A stretch of DNA of 62,327 nucleotides, filler included, from Sphacelaria rigidula (Eukaryota): assembly GCA_964200075.2 (NCBI GenBank). It is 6 parts of 6 records of this genome, joined end to end, with 100 filler letters (N's around TTAATTAATTAA, not from the genome) between each part and the next. Parts side by side here need not be neighbours in the genome. Positions count along the whole stretch, not along the records: positions 10,407 to 20,712 come from CAXNAA020006750.1; positions 20,813 to 31,118 come from CAXNAA020006751.1; 4 more parts are not named here. One strand, given 5' to 3'. A program made the position numbers and the translations under genes. Positions 11,608-25,320 of the stretch are shown piece by piece. The notes under the pieces were generated by a model. It saw only the letters and a program-made list of their open reading frames with translations, was not told the origin of the DNA and did not search any database. Position 1 is the stretch's first letter. Each line of letters begins with the position of its first letter.

Positions 11608-13420
11608 TGCGCGTATGAGCACCTCATGTGATAAAGTTTGCCTCGCCCCCATCAAGTGCTGTTTTGGGGGGAGCTACCGTAAAATAGAGCTCTCGCTCCA
11701 TAATGTCTCTGGGCTCGGTCCGTGTCGCTTATGCGGTTGTTTTGGTCTGTCACATGATGGGTCTTGGGTATCACGATATTGGGAGAAGGGACCGCGTAGG
11801 ATGTGTTTTGTTGGTTGAAAACTCGATTCGTTTCTGAACATCTCGATGCTATTCTCATTAATATCTCGTTGTTGATGCTACTAGTCGGTGTAGTCATCCC
11901 AAGGTGTCACTTATTGCATAGGTGTCCATGATGGGGAGAAATGGATACTTCTTAACGTTTTATTCAGGTGCAGTCAAACATCTGGCTTTAGTATGCAGCA
12001 CTTCGCTCTTTCACAGCTTTTGGTATTGATGTTTCTTCAGTCCATGTCAGATTCAGCCTTCGCCATTTCAAACTTCTTGAAGTTATAGAAGGAACCTCAC
12101 TGTTGATTGAGCTGTCAATTTATTCTATCGATCGTGCGATCATTTTTCGCTGGTGTTTGCTCATGGGTCTCAATGCTGAGGGAGCACCTGATTGTGCGCA
12201 GACGTGAGGGGTTGGAACGTACTGCCTCTGGAAGGAAATCTCGAGCATCTAGACAAATCAACCTCTATACATTTCGCTCTCATATACCCTCCTGATCGTT
12301 TTGTCCCGGAGTTTGTCAAATAATGTGCAACATTTCTTGGCGACGCATGTGTCATATTGTCCGGCAATTGGCATGCACGTGTGCCTCTTACTTTTTTTAC
12401 ACATCTTTCACATACTCACCGTTTGAATCAATTAGTATTTGCTTTTAGGTACTACTTGTTACTGTGCAGATATCTTGAACAGTCGCTTGCAGCATTATCC
12501 TTGCAGTCGACACGGAGGGGAAGATTTTGACTTTTTGTGGTGAAGAGTTATACTGCCTTTCGTCAGACGATTTGATGTTGCTTATTTTCCCGCGCGATTC
12601 TGTTTCCGGGGTCGATCATATCCGTATACGTGATCATTTTGCGTTGACGGTAGTTGTATGACACGCCGCACCTTGAGAAAACACGGTGGATTCAGTGCTT
12701 GTCGGCGAAAATTCTGAACTTTTGGGTGGAAGGGCCAAGCTGTTTATGATTGCCCTCATTGACTGCGTGCTTGATTGCTGATTGCTGTTTGTGCAGGTAT
12801 TTTTTCTCTCCCTTGTGACATGCGCCTATTTATATATATATATATAAACAAGGTTCCCCTGCGGGAGGTTGGTAAGGGCCTCCCGGGGGTGACGCAAGTC
12901 GAAAATATATGGTTAAGGTAGGCTGTTGTATCTCCATGTATAGTAGTGATCGTGGCTGTACAAAACAGGGATGGTGGATCCGGATAAGATTGACCAACTT
13001 GAGGAATACGAATGGAAGATCGTACAATTGTTGGGCGGCAATGATTTCTACATGTGTGGCACATGCGTAGCTGCTCATCAGCTGTGCACGTTGTACGTGA
13101 CCTTGCTCAAATCTGTTCAGAATCTATTGAGAAATGATGATTTGTGTGAGGCCGCTTCTCATAGATTGACAAAAGTCTCCAAGAGAAGTCATTCCGGGCT
13201 ACTTTTCTCAGAGATATTTAGGTGAAATCAGTTTTCCACACCCTACCTTTTAGTTTGTAGAAAGTCTTGGGGATTTGTACACCCGAGACCATCATCAAGC
13301 CCGCGTGAAGACGGTGGTATATAATCGTGGTCAGCAATTATTTGCATTTTATACTCGTCCAACCTGCGGTGAACTAATTCGTAAATAATCCCGTCGTGGT
13401 ACAGGATAGATGGGATGGTA

Positions 13421-13464
13421 ACACACACACGCACGCACGCACGCACGCACGCACGCACACGCAC
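13421..13464 (+). repeat. (AC)n/(GCAC)n microsatellite
   Basis: acacacacacgcacgcacgcacgcacgcacgcacgcacacgcac. Confidence 0.9.
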
Positions 13465-13712
13465 AGTAGCTAAAGTTATCAAAATGATCGAAATGACAGG
13501 CGTATCAACCCTTACTTCAGCCGACCGCCGCTTGGTTTAGTTGTAGTGTCGCAAGCGGTGCAGTGTGAGCAGCATACCGTTTGTGCCATACCACACTCAA
13601 CAAAGTCACGTGACAGTCAGTAGTGCAGTAGCAACCGTCTCAGTACACAGAGTACTACAGAGTTCGAAATCGGTGGCGGGCACGACGTCAGTATGTGGGT
13701 GTTTTTTTTAAG

Positions 13713-13925
13713 TTTCGAAATGCACCTCCACGACGCACTATCTATATTCTCTCTGTAGTGGCTTGCCACTGAGGCCCTTGATATCCCTCATTATGATATC
13801 AACGTGTCACTGAAAGCACGTGCCGGTGATGGAGGCAAGGAAGAGTACACACGGAATGAATATTTAGCCAAGCGTAATAGATTGATCAAAGCCACTCTCA
13901 ATAGGCGCTCTACTCTCGATTTCAC
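13713..13925 (+). repeat. Unclassified ~210-bp dispersed repeat
   Basis: Aligns by eye with 14918-15121 and 2236-2444 (gtagcttgccactga...tatccct...gatatcgacgtgt...tgatcaaagc...ctcaat...tactctc). Confidence 0.8.
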
Positions 13926-15140
13926 AAAAACGTTTTTGTAGCAGTCAATCCGACACCCGAGGAACTTTCCTCGTGGTCAGAAGTTTCTATGGGCAGGATC
14001 GACTTTGGTCGACGAATATGATCACGACTGTCCGCATGTCTCGTCGACGTAGAACAAGTACGGCTATTGAGTTCGCATGACCGTACAGTTTGAACTCTTT
14101 GACCACAACAGCAGGTCACCTGCTGACCGGGCATGGATATCTACTTTTTTTTATCTTATTATAAACAGAGGTATGTCCAACTTTGCTCCCGGTGTCCTGG
14201 TTTATTCGCTGGCTCTTTCTACTATTGTTTTAAGTGAAAGTGATCGCGATTCATAGGCATGACATAGGTATGACCGTGTTAAACGTTTCACGTACAAACC
14301 AGTTAGGGATCCCAAATCATTCGACTTGTGTTTGTTGCTGACTAAGGGCAGGGCAGTGATGAAATGTTTTCAACTGCTTCGCTCTAATGTGCTCTTCAAA
14401 TTCGCTGCATCCATGCTGTCATTGTACTCCCAAATTGATGGCAATTCAAAGAAAATCACACTAGAGGACCTGACCCGAGTTGGAGATATATTTATTGATA
14501 ATTTAAACATGCTTTCGTGGAGTGTTCAATAGATATGACGGTGGTAGATGCTTCGTCCCCAACTATTGTGATGCGTTGAACACCAGGTCGACACCCAAAT
14601 AAACGTCTGTTGTAAAAATGGTCAGTTGGACTGTATACTAATAGCACGGTAGGTGTAGCCTTGTTTACAGGACTATTTCTACTTCACCTGTTAATAGTAT
14701 GTCCCTAATATAGGAGAGTGCATTCGTCTTACTGATTCATGTACAAACGGTGTAGCTCTGCATGCAGGACTTTTATCAACTGCGGCTACCAAGGTACACT
14801 GACAGCTCAACAAATAGCTCTGCATGCAGGATAAATCATGTTTTCGTGAGCTTGAGAGTATATACTACACAGTGAGAGCGTGAGGCGGTCAATCAGTGAA
14901 TTATTTATATCAAATCCTGAATGCACTTCCACGACGCACTACATGCTATCCGTGGTAGCTTGGCACCGATGCCCTTCATATCCCTCAGTATGATATCGAC
15001 GTGTCGCTGAATGCAAACGCCAGTGATAGGGGCAAAGAAGAGAACATATGGAACGAATGTTTGCCCAAGTGAAAGCGAATGATCGAAGCTACTCTCAATT
15101 GGCCATCTACTCTCGACTTCTAGCACTCTAGCCGACAACC

Positions 15141-15389
15141 GAGTCATGCTACGATAGGGGGGGGTATTTTTGGCCGCTTCCTTGCACGAAGTTCTACTTG
15201 CAATCGTCGTTGATAGCAGCAACGGTAGTTCGAACGTGCTTGCTTCCGATTTATAACTCTCATTTATACTGTTTGACATCGCTTTTATCCAAATACAAGC
15301 GCATCGCGAGTGTGTGGGATCATCTGACGCACCCATGAGCCAATTTGTTCGTGGAATCGAACACCCCCCCCCCTATCGTAGCATGACTC
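15141..15389. mobile_element. MITE with 24-bp perfect TIRs and 4-bp TSD (Sola-like)
   Basis: GAGTCATGCTACGATAGGGGGGGG...CCCCCCCCTATCGTAGCATGACTC, flanked on both sides by AACC. Confidence 0.85.
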
Positions 15390-17989
15390 AACCGATGAAC
15401 TATATCGATGACAAAGATAATCACACTGTGAAGAAATACCCCGCTGTGATGGTAGATGACTGTGTCTGAATTAAAATTAGTTTGGGATTTGCGGATCCCC
15501 AGAAACGACCGACGGGTATGGAAAGATTCTAGTCGAATGTGTGTTGTGATAAGGCAGGATTTGAACTCGTTTTATTGTTGACGCAGCTGGTTGAAGGTGA
15601 ATAGATTGTACCCGATTAGCCGCGTGTACCTGCTGCTACTACAGTGTTGTTTGGCTAAAGGCACAGCACGTCACGGTGATTTTGTATTATGACGTATCGA
15701 TAGAACAGCTGTTTACCCACCTGTTCACTCGACACACCGACCGGCTTCCAAGCACCTATTGGATAAAGAAGAGCTTTTGAACCATCACCTACCACCTTCG
15801 GTCTCTCTGCCCCCACGGTCGCGAGCCGCAGCAGTTGACGTGAGTCTCTTGTTGTGCTGTACTTCTACCCTCATCCACGATTTATATTTTATTCTGGCTC
15901 CGGGGCTGTGTGGATTTCCCCTTTGACAGCTGGGCTATTGTACTGAGAGATTTAAACGGCAGTTTGAGTTAAGCAAGTCAATCCAGGATCGCATGCCGAC
16001 ACCTCACAAGGGTGTGGCTTGCTTGCGTTCGGCGTATACGGTTTTACTGCTTGCGGTATTTGCGCATACCGCCACATTGTGGGGCTTCAGAGGTAGCTTG
16101 TTTTATTTAAGCTGTACGGTGTTTCTTTCTCGATCGGCCGCTGCTTACACACAGCCGAACACCAGCTCACGGTTTTTGGCAAAAACCTTAGATTTTCAGT
16201 CCTTGTTTTCACTTGATATTTGTGTACACGATTAGCTGTTTAATACACCAAGGTAATTAGACAGCTTCTTAGACAGCTGTTCCCTCTCTTACTCGGAGTT
16301 TGACAGACATCCCGACTCGAGTTAGCTGCAGGTCTTCGATGTGTCATACAGTACCCACGTTGGTCTCAGGCAATGACGACCGGACGACAAGGCGCTCCAG
16401 GTGCGAACGCACAGGCAAGCCGTATTTTGCTGCACAAGCATATTCCCCGCAACCCGCAGGTCATATCGACGGTACAAGCCAACCCACTGTGGCGAATGCG
16501 CTTTCTCTGGTAACGTTATGGTAACGTTATACATTGCACAGAGAACGCATAGCGTTTTCATGCACACCCGATCTGATGTGCTGTGTTCTTTTCCACCCAC
16601 GGGCGGTTCTCGGATAATAAAGCCGCTCACACGTTCCTTGTTGAGATACGCCTCTCAAGGGCCCGTAGCTTTTTCAACGCCCCCCCCGACCACCTGCCCC
16701 CGCAAGCGCCTCTGCTCACAGTCAGTCGATTCTGCATCAACCGAATCGACCGATATGTGTCCCAAAACATGACGATTCATGCTTGCAGGTAACGAGTACG
16801 CGGCCTATTTTAACCGCCGCCCGCTGCGCAGACGATTGTTCTTCCAAACACAGAACGTTGATCCACCATGCGCACCGAATTATACCGATGCGACATGATG
16901 GACTCGGACTGAAGATGTTGTCTGTACACGAGCTTGATTGAACACGGCGAGGCATGGGGCTCATGTTACTTGTTCACTTTCACACGGCACCAGGGTACAT
17001 TGCAGTTTGATTGCCGCCCCACCACCACGCACTACAGTACATACTTGATCGTCCAGAAGGCCACGTACCTTTCCCGTTGAAATATTCTTCCGAATTGAAG
17101 TACTGACAACAGTACAGCACCGTGTGAATTACAAATGGTCCCAGCGGATAATATCTTGCGGGCGGTGAAGTGCCGTGCTGTAGCATACGTTGGTACTGTG
17201 CACTATCTGAACGACGTCATCTATATTGCATTGTAGATATGAACACGACGCGGGTATAGCGCTGTGTCGGGTTTTCTTCATGTGATACGAACAAATTGAC
17301 ATCGTTTTGCACTGTCGACCGTCCGCTACCCCGTGCGAAGATCATATGTACTGCAGTGTGCCACCGTGCATTTTGCTGTCTGATGCTTACGTTGCTGTTG
17401 TACTGCACTACCTATTTGTATTACGGTTGCGCTTGTACATTTAGTGGCTGTTTACCTGCACAATGATACGTCATCAACCCCCGACTCGGCTATTTTCAGC
17501 GAACTACGCGGTACTGTAATAAGTATCGCCAGCTGCGCTGATATTGCCTCTGGAAATACGATACGGGATCCGACAGTTGTGTTTTTTTTTCTCAGCCTCA
17601 ACGTGTTCTCAAAATAGAACTGAGCGGTTTAACGTTGCTGTTCGCTGCATCCCACACGTCTATTCCTTCGTGGCATGCAGGTTTGTTAATGAGCTGTTGC
17701 GCTGGTGACAGACACTGTACGTCTGTTGCTTGTGACAACCTTCGTTTTCTTTTCTCTCGCGGTTACAACTTATTCCAACACACACACACACCTACGGTTT
17801 GTTGTGTGCCTTCGACATATTTGTTTCCCTTTTGTCTGCACCTGATTGACAAGGTGGTAGACCTCATGCATGTGCGGAGTGCGCGGAACTACGTGTCGAT
17901 CGACTGTCAACAGTACCCTGCCACTCTGTTCCTTGTTATTTTTGTTCACTCCGCTTCAGTCCTCAACAACTATGCTGTCTCCCACGACG

Positions 17990-20712
17990 AAACGTTCACT
18001 TTTTAACCATGTCTGATATCAACCGCCCTCCGACTTCATCGGAGCACGATGTCACGAAGGACGGTGCGCTCCCTATAGACAGTGGTAAAACAACTTGACG
18101 ACCAACCATGCGTAATGAGACGGGTGCCAACAACAATCCGGAACGTTTCGATGTCGATGACAGCGTTCTTGCAGGGCACATTTTCAGGGATGTGGCTGAA
18201 GATTTCGATGAAGACCGTAGTTCTCCCCATGCTCACCCCCTCTGCCTCAGTGAACATACCTCTATACCAACCAGCCACCCAAAACGCTGATGGTGTTCCC
18301 ACTTTTCATTCTCAGATGACATCCCTCCGAGTGAGCCCTGATGCTACGAAAACCTTTCCTGACGATGACCTCTGCACCCAAACCGGTGCTGAACCCTTCT
18401 GATCGCCCCACTCTGGCTTTTGATACGCCACCCAAATCGGAACAATCCCTGCCCACGCGTGACGCACCACACGGCCGGCTTCGGCAAAACCGCCCAGTCT
18501 TCCTTCCCCCGCGTCATTGGTACACTTTTTCGGTGACGGAAGAAACTGAGTGCCGGCACCAGCTTCGTAACAACAGTCTCGAACAGATTAACCGTGCGTG
18601 GACAGACTTGGAATTCGCTCGCCTCGAGGCGGGTCACCGTGAAAGTTTTCCAGGGGTCCAGGAGGCCGCGCAGGCCCCCCGTAATGTAGATGTCCACCCC
18701 GAAAAAAAGCCAACAGAACAGACTGAACTAGAATGCGCGATACGCAAATCCACGAAGGCTCTGGAAATTGCGGAGCAATAATATAAGCTGTTGACAAAAA
18801 GACACTTGGAATCTTCGCGTCATTTCGGACTCTGTTGGCAAGTCTGGCAATCACAACTGCGTTCGTACGGTCGCCTGCTCCGCCCCCAAGGCGACGACTG
18901 ATTCACCGCCTGACCCACCTGACCTGGCACACTTTCAACCACATGCACCGGCCCATTCAGAACACGGTAGACGTTTACACATGAGTGGACCTAGTGCCGC
19001 GGCTGAACCCCCGCCAGGGCGGTACCCACACAACACTGATGCTCACCTCATACCTTGACAACCTTTTGGGAACGTTCTACAAGTTGCGGAGATTCCAAAT
19101 AGCATACAGTGGGGTAACCCAGGACGCGTTGCTTAGCCCAAAACCTAAGCCCCGCCACCTGCCTGTTTATTTTCTACTTCTGTAATTCATTTCTCAGTGG
19201 TCGGTACAATCCTACAATTAGAAATTAACAATGACCGGTACTTCACTACAGAAGTATCCAACAATTTTATGTCAACCATTCTTTTTCGTTCGGCCAGGTC
19301 ACACACATCATACGTGAGTCAACGGCGGCCACCGCGGGTTCAACCATGTGGTGTGGGTTCCCTCGATATGCTGACACTACCTTGAAGGGTTCTAAGACAG
19401 TCGAAGCCCGTGCACCGTTGCATGGCTACTAATTGAGCAGTGACCAACCCCAACGTTTCAACCCTGGATTTGATCACCCAGTTTTACATTCATCAGGTAC
19501 TAATCATATTCAATCGAATCCCCTCCCTTCAAAGGAGAGGAAGTCATGTAGTGCAGTTTTTCACCCATCAGGAGCCGAAATATCTTCTGGTACGATAGAC
19601 ACTTCTGCTCCGACCGTTCATCGGAGAACACAAAATTCGAAGCCTCACACTCGAGCACCCACCAACTGCTCAAGTGCCCGGCTAACCACCCTACCGAGCT
19701 CCGCAAAAACTACGGTACCCGGTTCCCGTGTATTTAATGAGCATAATTATTCCTCGAAGGGTCGCAACCGCAAAGAACCCATGCTTTCCGTCGCTCAGCG
19801 GGTTGGAATGGAACCCCAAGTGACAGCGACTCAGGTGGTGCGCTAAGAGCGTGACCTAGGTTCGACTGTCCGAGAACTCATTTCAATAGCTCCTGGAGCC
19901 GCCGACCCTTTCGTGCGCTACACGCGCCACCAGAGGTGGGCCACTCGAGATGATCATGTAAATAACCCTGATGTAGCAAGTGCACGTGAACTCCACGGAG
20001 AAGATTGCGTGTGGGCTCAGACAGATGAAACCCTTACAGTGGAACAGCCCGGTACTCCCCAGATTTCGAACAGATCGTTACTGCTCCCTATCCACCCCGC
20101 GTGCACTACGTTAGAACCTCTTTCCGATGAAGCGTTGCCGTCTGTAGGGACAGAAATTTTGCCGACTCATGGACGTTCGCATCCTAGTCATGAACGCACT
20201 TCAACCGTGTGTTCGTCACCAGGCGAACAAAGTGTTACGCAAGACGATTCGTCTCCTAACTCGCCCACGTTGGCCCCTTTAATAGACGCCGGGTTGAACA
20301 GTACAGCTTTACCAACCCTGCGTCCTGACGAATCGTCTCCAAAACCTCCCATGTCGGCCCTAACTAGTGATGGTTTGAGCTGATTGGCGTATCAAACTCA
20401 ACACCGCGTCCAGATGAATCGTCCCCTGTTCCGACCAAGCTGGATAATGTAATTGATCCCGCTTTGCACAATGACGATTCGCCCCCACTGTTGGCCAAGA
20501 AGGGTGAAACACCACGCACAGATCAGTTGTCGGGTCCAACCACGACAACTGCCCTTCCCCGGCATCGCCCCTCGGTTGCAGTATATGAGATTCAACCCTC
20601 GAATGATGAGACGAATATTCCAGGCACGAACACTGACACTCCATGCACGCACCATCCTTCCGACCAAAAGCTTGTCCCACAGGATCATAAACGGGTGTAT
20701 TTTAGCACCTTT
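17990..20712 (+). mobile_element. Possible decayed LTR-retrotransposon gag/protease region
   Basis: Long intron-free, protein-like ORF pieces broken by stops (18009-18850; 19913-20712). IAYSGVTQD...VVGTILQLEI loosely resembles a retropepsin site. No RT motif is seen before the contig end. Confidence 0.3.
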
Positions 20713-20812
20713 NNNNNNNNNNNNNNNNNNNNNNNNNNNNNNNNNNNNNNNNNNNNTTAATTAATTAANNNNNNNNNNNNNNNNNNNNNNNNNNNNNNNN
20801 NNNNNNNNNNNN
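20713..20812. other. Artificial contig linker
   Basis: Same N44-TTAATTAATTAA-N44 spacer. Confidence 0.99.
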
Positions 20813-21220
20813 ATACTTCTCCTGCATATTCCAGCTTTGGTACGATCACGTTCAATAGGATACATCTCTTAATCCTAGTGTCTAGGCGCGGGTCTCTGAA
20901 AATCACGTCCAACCTGCCTACCTGTGCCTTACCCTCTTCTATTACTTTTTTATGTGTGCATCCCTAGAATAGTTTTTTGAGATCTCCACGCCAAGGTATG
21001 TATACTGGTCTACGATCGGCAGGTCCTCTTCTCCCCACTTCCATTTGGATGATTTGGATGGATGTTGGGGGTGGGTTATCATTTTTGCGATGAAAAATTA
21101 GACATTGAATAAATTAATCGAATAAATAAATTGATCAAAGATTGTTAGAGGATGGATGTTGGGGGTGGATTATTATTTTCTTGGGAAAAGGGAAGACAGG
21201 TTCAATAAAAGTGCACGTAC

Positions 21221-23704
21221 CTGCATAGGCAACGTTAGTCTCCACAACACCCGACAGGTTGTTGGCCCCGAAGAGTATGGGTTGCTCAAACTTTTCCCCG
21301 CTCAGCATGTGCAGCGGGATGTCAAAGCCCTGGAACAGGATCCCTGTCCGATGAGTCAAGGACGGAAGATGGAGGCTTCCGTGTGGATACGAAGACCAGA
21401 AAATCATTTCACGCGTGAAACTGTTGGTTTCATTTTCAGGGCATGCCCATGGTTAAAAACCAGTCCATGAGTTCTGTGCTCATCTTCTTCGACTCTACCA
21501 CACAATTAAAATGAGCTCATCACAAATGAACGACCGTATGCGCTGCCCAGTTATTGTGTAGAACACGACAGAAAAGCGGGAGTGTCGCACGTCACCGAAC
21601 AGGCTTTCAGGCCGGTCTTCCGTACCTGAACCCTTAGTGTACCATCATCACTCATGCCACATAAAATCCACCGTGGCACTGGTTAGGTGACCTTCGCTGT
21701 CGTGGGAAACCGGAGGCATACTCTGCGACGCTACCCACTACAGCATAAACGAAGCCGTACGCTGGACCCCGGTTGAGAACACCCAATACGCGAGGAGTAT
21801 TTGTTTGAAAAGTACGATTTCTCGGGATCCAGGTCACCACGAAGGGGATAAAGCAAAATTTCGACGGCAAATTTCAAAGATTACACATATCCAGAGGTAC
21901 CTGTACTTCCGGTATAAATAAGATCTTGAGCCAGAGTGTATGGTATTATCTGCTCGACCTACGATTTGTCAGCTTAATAAAAAGTTACCCGTACGTGGAG
22001 AGAGTACACCCGGGAACGCTGTTCACCGCAGATGGCATACCACCTGGTCTCAGCAACAACCGCAGGGTCCCTCCACACGGTTACTTTACATTTGGCGTAA
22101 ACGGAGTAGGTACTGCATACCGCACTCTCGGAACTCCACGAACAAAACACCGTGGTTGAACTCATCCCGCGATCTACTGCTCAAACATACTATCCATATC
22201 CGCCATGACGAAGAAAACATTAAATGAAGGGTGAGCATTCTCGAAGCCATTCATAGAGGATACATGCACATTATGTGCTTGATACGGGCGGCTCTGATAG
22301 TAAGGACGTGTCTCAGCACATTTTTTTCAATCGAACAAGTTTGGAGGGAAACAAAAACTTCGATCTGGTAGGTCCACGTGATCAATGTACATGATGTTCC
22401 AAGCTGGTTCCAACTATCATTTATTGCTGATCGGGTGCGGTCGGTAGGCAAAATATGTCAACGCTTGGCTTTGTCGATCGAAAACATGCTGCGGAAAGGC
22501 ACGAAGGGCATCTTGATCCCTATATTGCAGACTACCCCGCCAGATGGCACCCGTTCACAGAACAACGCGAGCCGCACACAATTCATTCTCCGCTACCACC
22601 GCATCCCTATGGAATAAAACATGACTTGAGCACATGGATGCATGAACTGCGGTTTATTGAGAATCGGCCCCATCACCCTCTTGGCATGATGTGCTCCTTC
22701 CATATCAGCGAAAACTTTGGCATCTTAGTTTATGAAAAGGGTCGGCGACGGAATCAGGTGGTAGGGTGGGCAACCGACGTGCGTACACGCCCATGACCAG
22801 TGTAGGCAGTACAAGCCTGCACGTTGTTCAAGTCCTTGTCACATCACACTATATGCAGAGAGTACAGGCAATCCTGTGTTGTCTGTACTGCACGTTGCCC
22901 GCTTCTTTTTTACATCCTACTGTGCGAAACACACACACACATTTTCTGCGGAATATGTGATTATCATCATTGGAAGCGTGAAGATGCGAGCAGTAGAAAA
23001 GAGTTCGTTTGACAGAGCTTGCTTGACGAGAGTAGACGCGGTACGGAAGTGCTGGCCCAATCTGCGATTACCAAAATGTCAAGCATGTAGCGGGGGAGAG
23101 AAGAGTTGATCCATTGACACCACTGGCCCATCGCGAGGAAGTGGAGGGGTTCGAGGTGAGAAGAAAACACGAAAAAGCACAGAGCGCACACTGAACTGAG
23201 GATTGTCCCGACTTCATGGGCGAAACCAAATATTCCGGCGAAACCAATTACTCCGGTGCTGCTGTTCGAAATTATGCGTACCAATATGCGCAATCCATTT
23301 GAAGCCATGACTCCCCGAAACCGGGGTCAGCGTGTCGTGTGGCAAAACAAGACGGTGACCTCAATGACTTGGGGGGGGTGTCGCGATCTGCGACGGTCAC
23401 ACCACCGAACGTCTTGTTGTCGAGAAAACATACAACAAATTTCGCTTAGCAGGAGCGCAGGGCCGTCCATCCCGAGAAACCACGATTGGACACATGTCGA
23501 AAGCGCTTTCATGTGTCACATCCGGCAATGGTATCGACTTTGCGCACTGTGAGGCAAACGTCGCGGGTACAGTGGTGCTGAGTGACGCGGCCGGGGCTCA
23601 CCGTTTTGCGTCTTGTGAGGCGGGCTGGCACAGAAGACGAGCCTATCAGACGTCAAGAAAACATCGCCCATACTGCGGAACCGTCCCACCGTAGGAACAT
23701 TGAC
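21221..23704 (-). CDS. WBP2-like PH-GRAM domain protein (partial, 2 exons)
   Basis: Exon 23704-23602 (VNVPTVGRFRSMGDVFLTSDRLVFCASPPHKTQN) joins exon 21343-21221 (GILFQGFDIPLHMLSGEKFEQPILFGANNLSGVVETNVAYAG) in phase 1 with CAG/GT sites. G-x-x-x-LT-x-x-R-x-VF and F-x-QP-x-x-FGAN-x-L-x-G are typical of the WBP2/UPF0664 GRAM family. First and last exons not found. Confidence 0.85.
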
Positions 23705-24479
23705 CTGCATGTATTGTGAAACCAACGGTGAGCCGGTGCGGGTGGTCACGACAAGGGGCGGCCGACAATGTGTGCGAGAGTATCAGCCAGCAGGACAACA
23801 AGCCAGAATGTACTGTGAATTCGTGGACCGTGCGTATATGTATGTACCGTTGGGGTGGTGATTACGGGTTCCGTTTTGCAAGAAGCGTTCCGATCGTCTC
23901 TGACCGGTCGATTCCACAAATTCGACTTGACCGACCAAAATGCCAGCACCTTCCCAGCCGCTCGAAACCTTCACTTCATAATTCATTTGAACATTTCCGA
24001 AATCACTTTAAAAAAGTTATGAAGAGCATCAAACTTGACATATGACGCAGATAGTGTACATTTATCAACAAGAGTGGTCTACCTGGATTCGGGAGGGGAT
24101 TGCATGGTGGCCCAGGACAAAAGGGAACACCCGTCTCAAGGGGCGGTTTCTACCGTGGAATCAGGGGTGATGTCCACCGTTCCAGCGTACAGCGTGCGAA
24201 TGGCGATACGTTTGAACGATATTACATTATTTTTCGAATCTTTGAAACATGAAAATAAATGAAACAATGAAAAAAATAAATCCTTGCCAGGTGATTCAAT
24301 GCACGCATCCCCCCGAAACATGATCGCATGGGTGGCATTTACCGTTTTGGCGTATTTCACACGAATGGCGGTGAACGTACACACACGAACGCATAACGAA
24401 CGAGTGAACAATGAATCGTTGTTCTTCCATGCCCCGCTTCTCTCGACCTGGGGATAAAATCACTCCATCCCGCCCTCAG

Positions 24480-25320
24480 ACACGATGAGGAACATATCTA
24501 CCGCTCTGGCCAGTTACAGCCATTTACACACGGATGGCGATGCCCCTGAACAAACGGGGGATATCGTCAGGACATACACACCCTACCCTACTGCTTCATA
24601 ACTTCTCCCTCCCCCCATCCCGTTTCCCGGGGACACAATCAATACATCTCCTTTTCAAACATCTTCAGCAAAAAGTTGATGCCATCAAACACGCTAGCTA
24701 TTTGCGACCGGACTACATCGAATCTGAACAAGTGATTAGCACCGAGAGGAAGTCTACAACTTACCCCGTGTATTAGTAATACCTTCTATGCTTCTTCAGG
24801 GCACTGCAGATACCTCGGCGAAGGAACTGTTCCTTCCCCCCCGTAAGTACGCGATGGAACAATAATCTACCGTCAGGGCCTGTTGAATGCGACTGCCGAT
24901 GCCCCTCAACACGATAAAGGCATCGCTAGAACGTGTATACCCTACCCCATTACTTGATGACTCCTCCTGTCCCCATCCCCTTTCTCGGGAACAAGATCAA
25001 CATGTCCTCTCGTCGAATATCGTCAGCGAGAAAGGGGGTATTATCCGACGTCTTAGCCATTTGTAGCCGGACCACAGTAAATCCAAACACGTGAGCGGTA
25101 CCAATGTATAACTTACAACCCATCGTCAGAATTTTTGTTTCTTTTCGTTTTTCTCAACGGGACTGCACACATCCTGGCGAAGATATTGTTCCGTCCCCCC
25201 CGTAAATACGCCCTGGAACCACAATCTCTAGTAAAGGCCTGAGAAGTACGAATGGCGATGCCCCTCAACACGCGAGTGGTCACTAAAAACGCATACATCG
25301 TACTTGTTGATTCGAGACAA
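24480..25320. repeat. Diverged tandem array, about 2.5 units of ~355-360 bp
   Basis: gatgcccct(g/c)aaca at about 24539, 24898 and 25257; gttcc(t/g)tccccccgtaa at about 24829 and 25188; ccctaccc...ccccatccc at 24581 and 24940. Confidence 0.75.

Noticed and set aside
11650..14750. Decayed Gypsy-like pol on the minus strand
   Set aside because: Only faint echoes (FKLSIN...VIFF; SYPDPPSLF; MITYTDM) among many stops; not supportable without a TBLASTX search.
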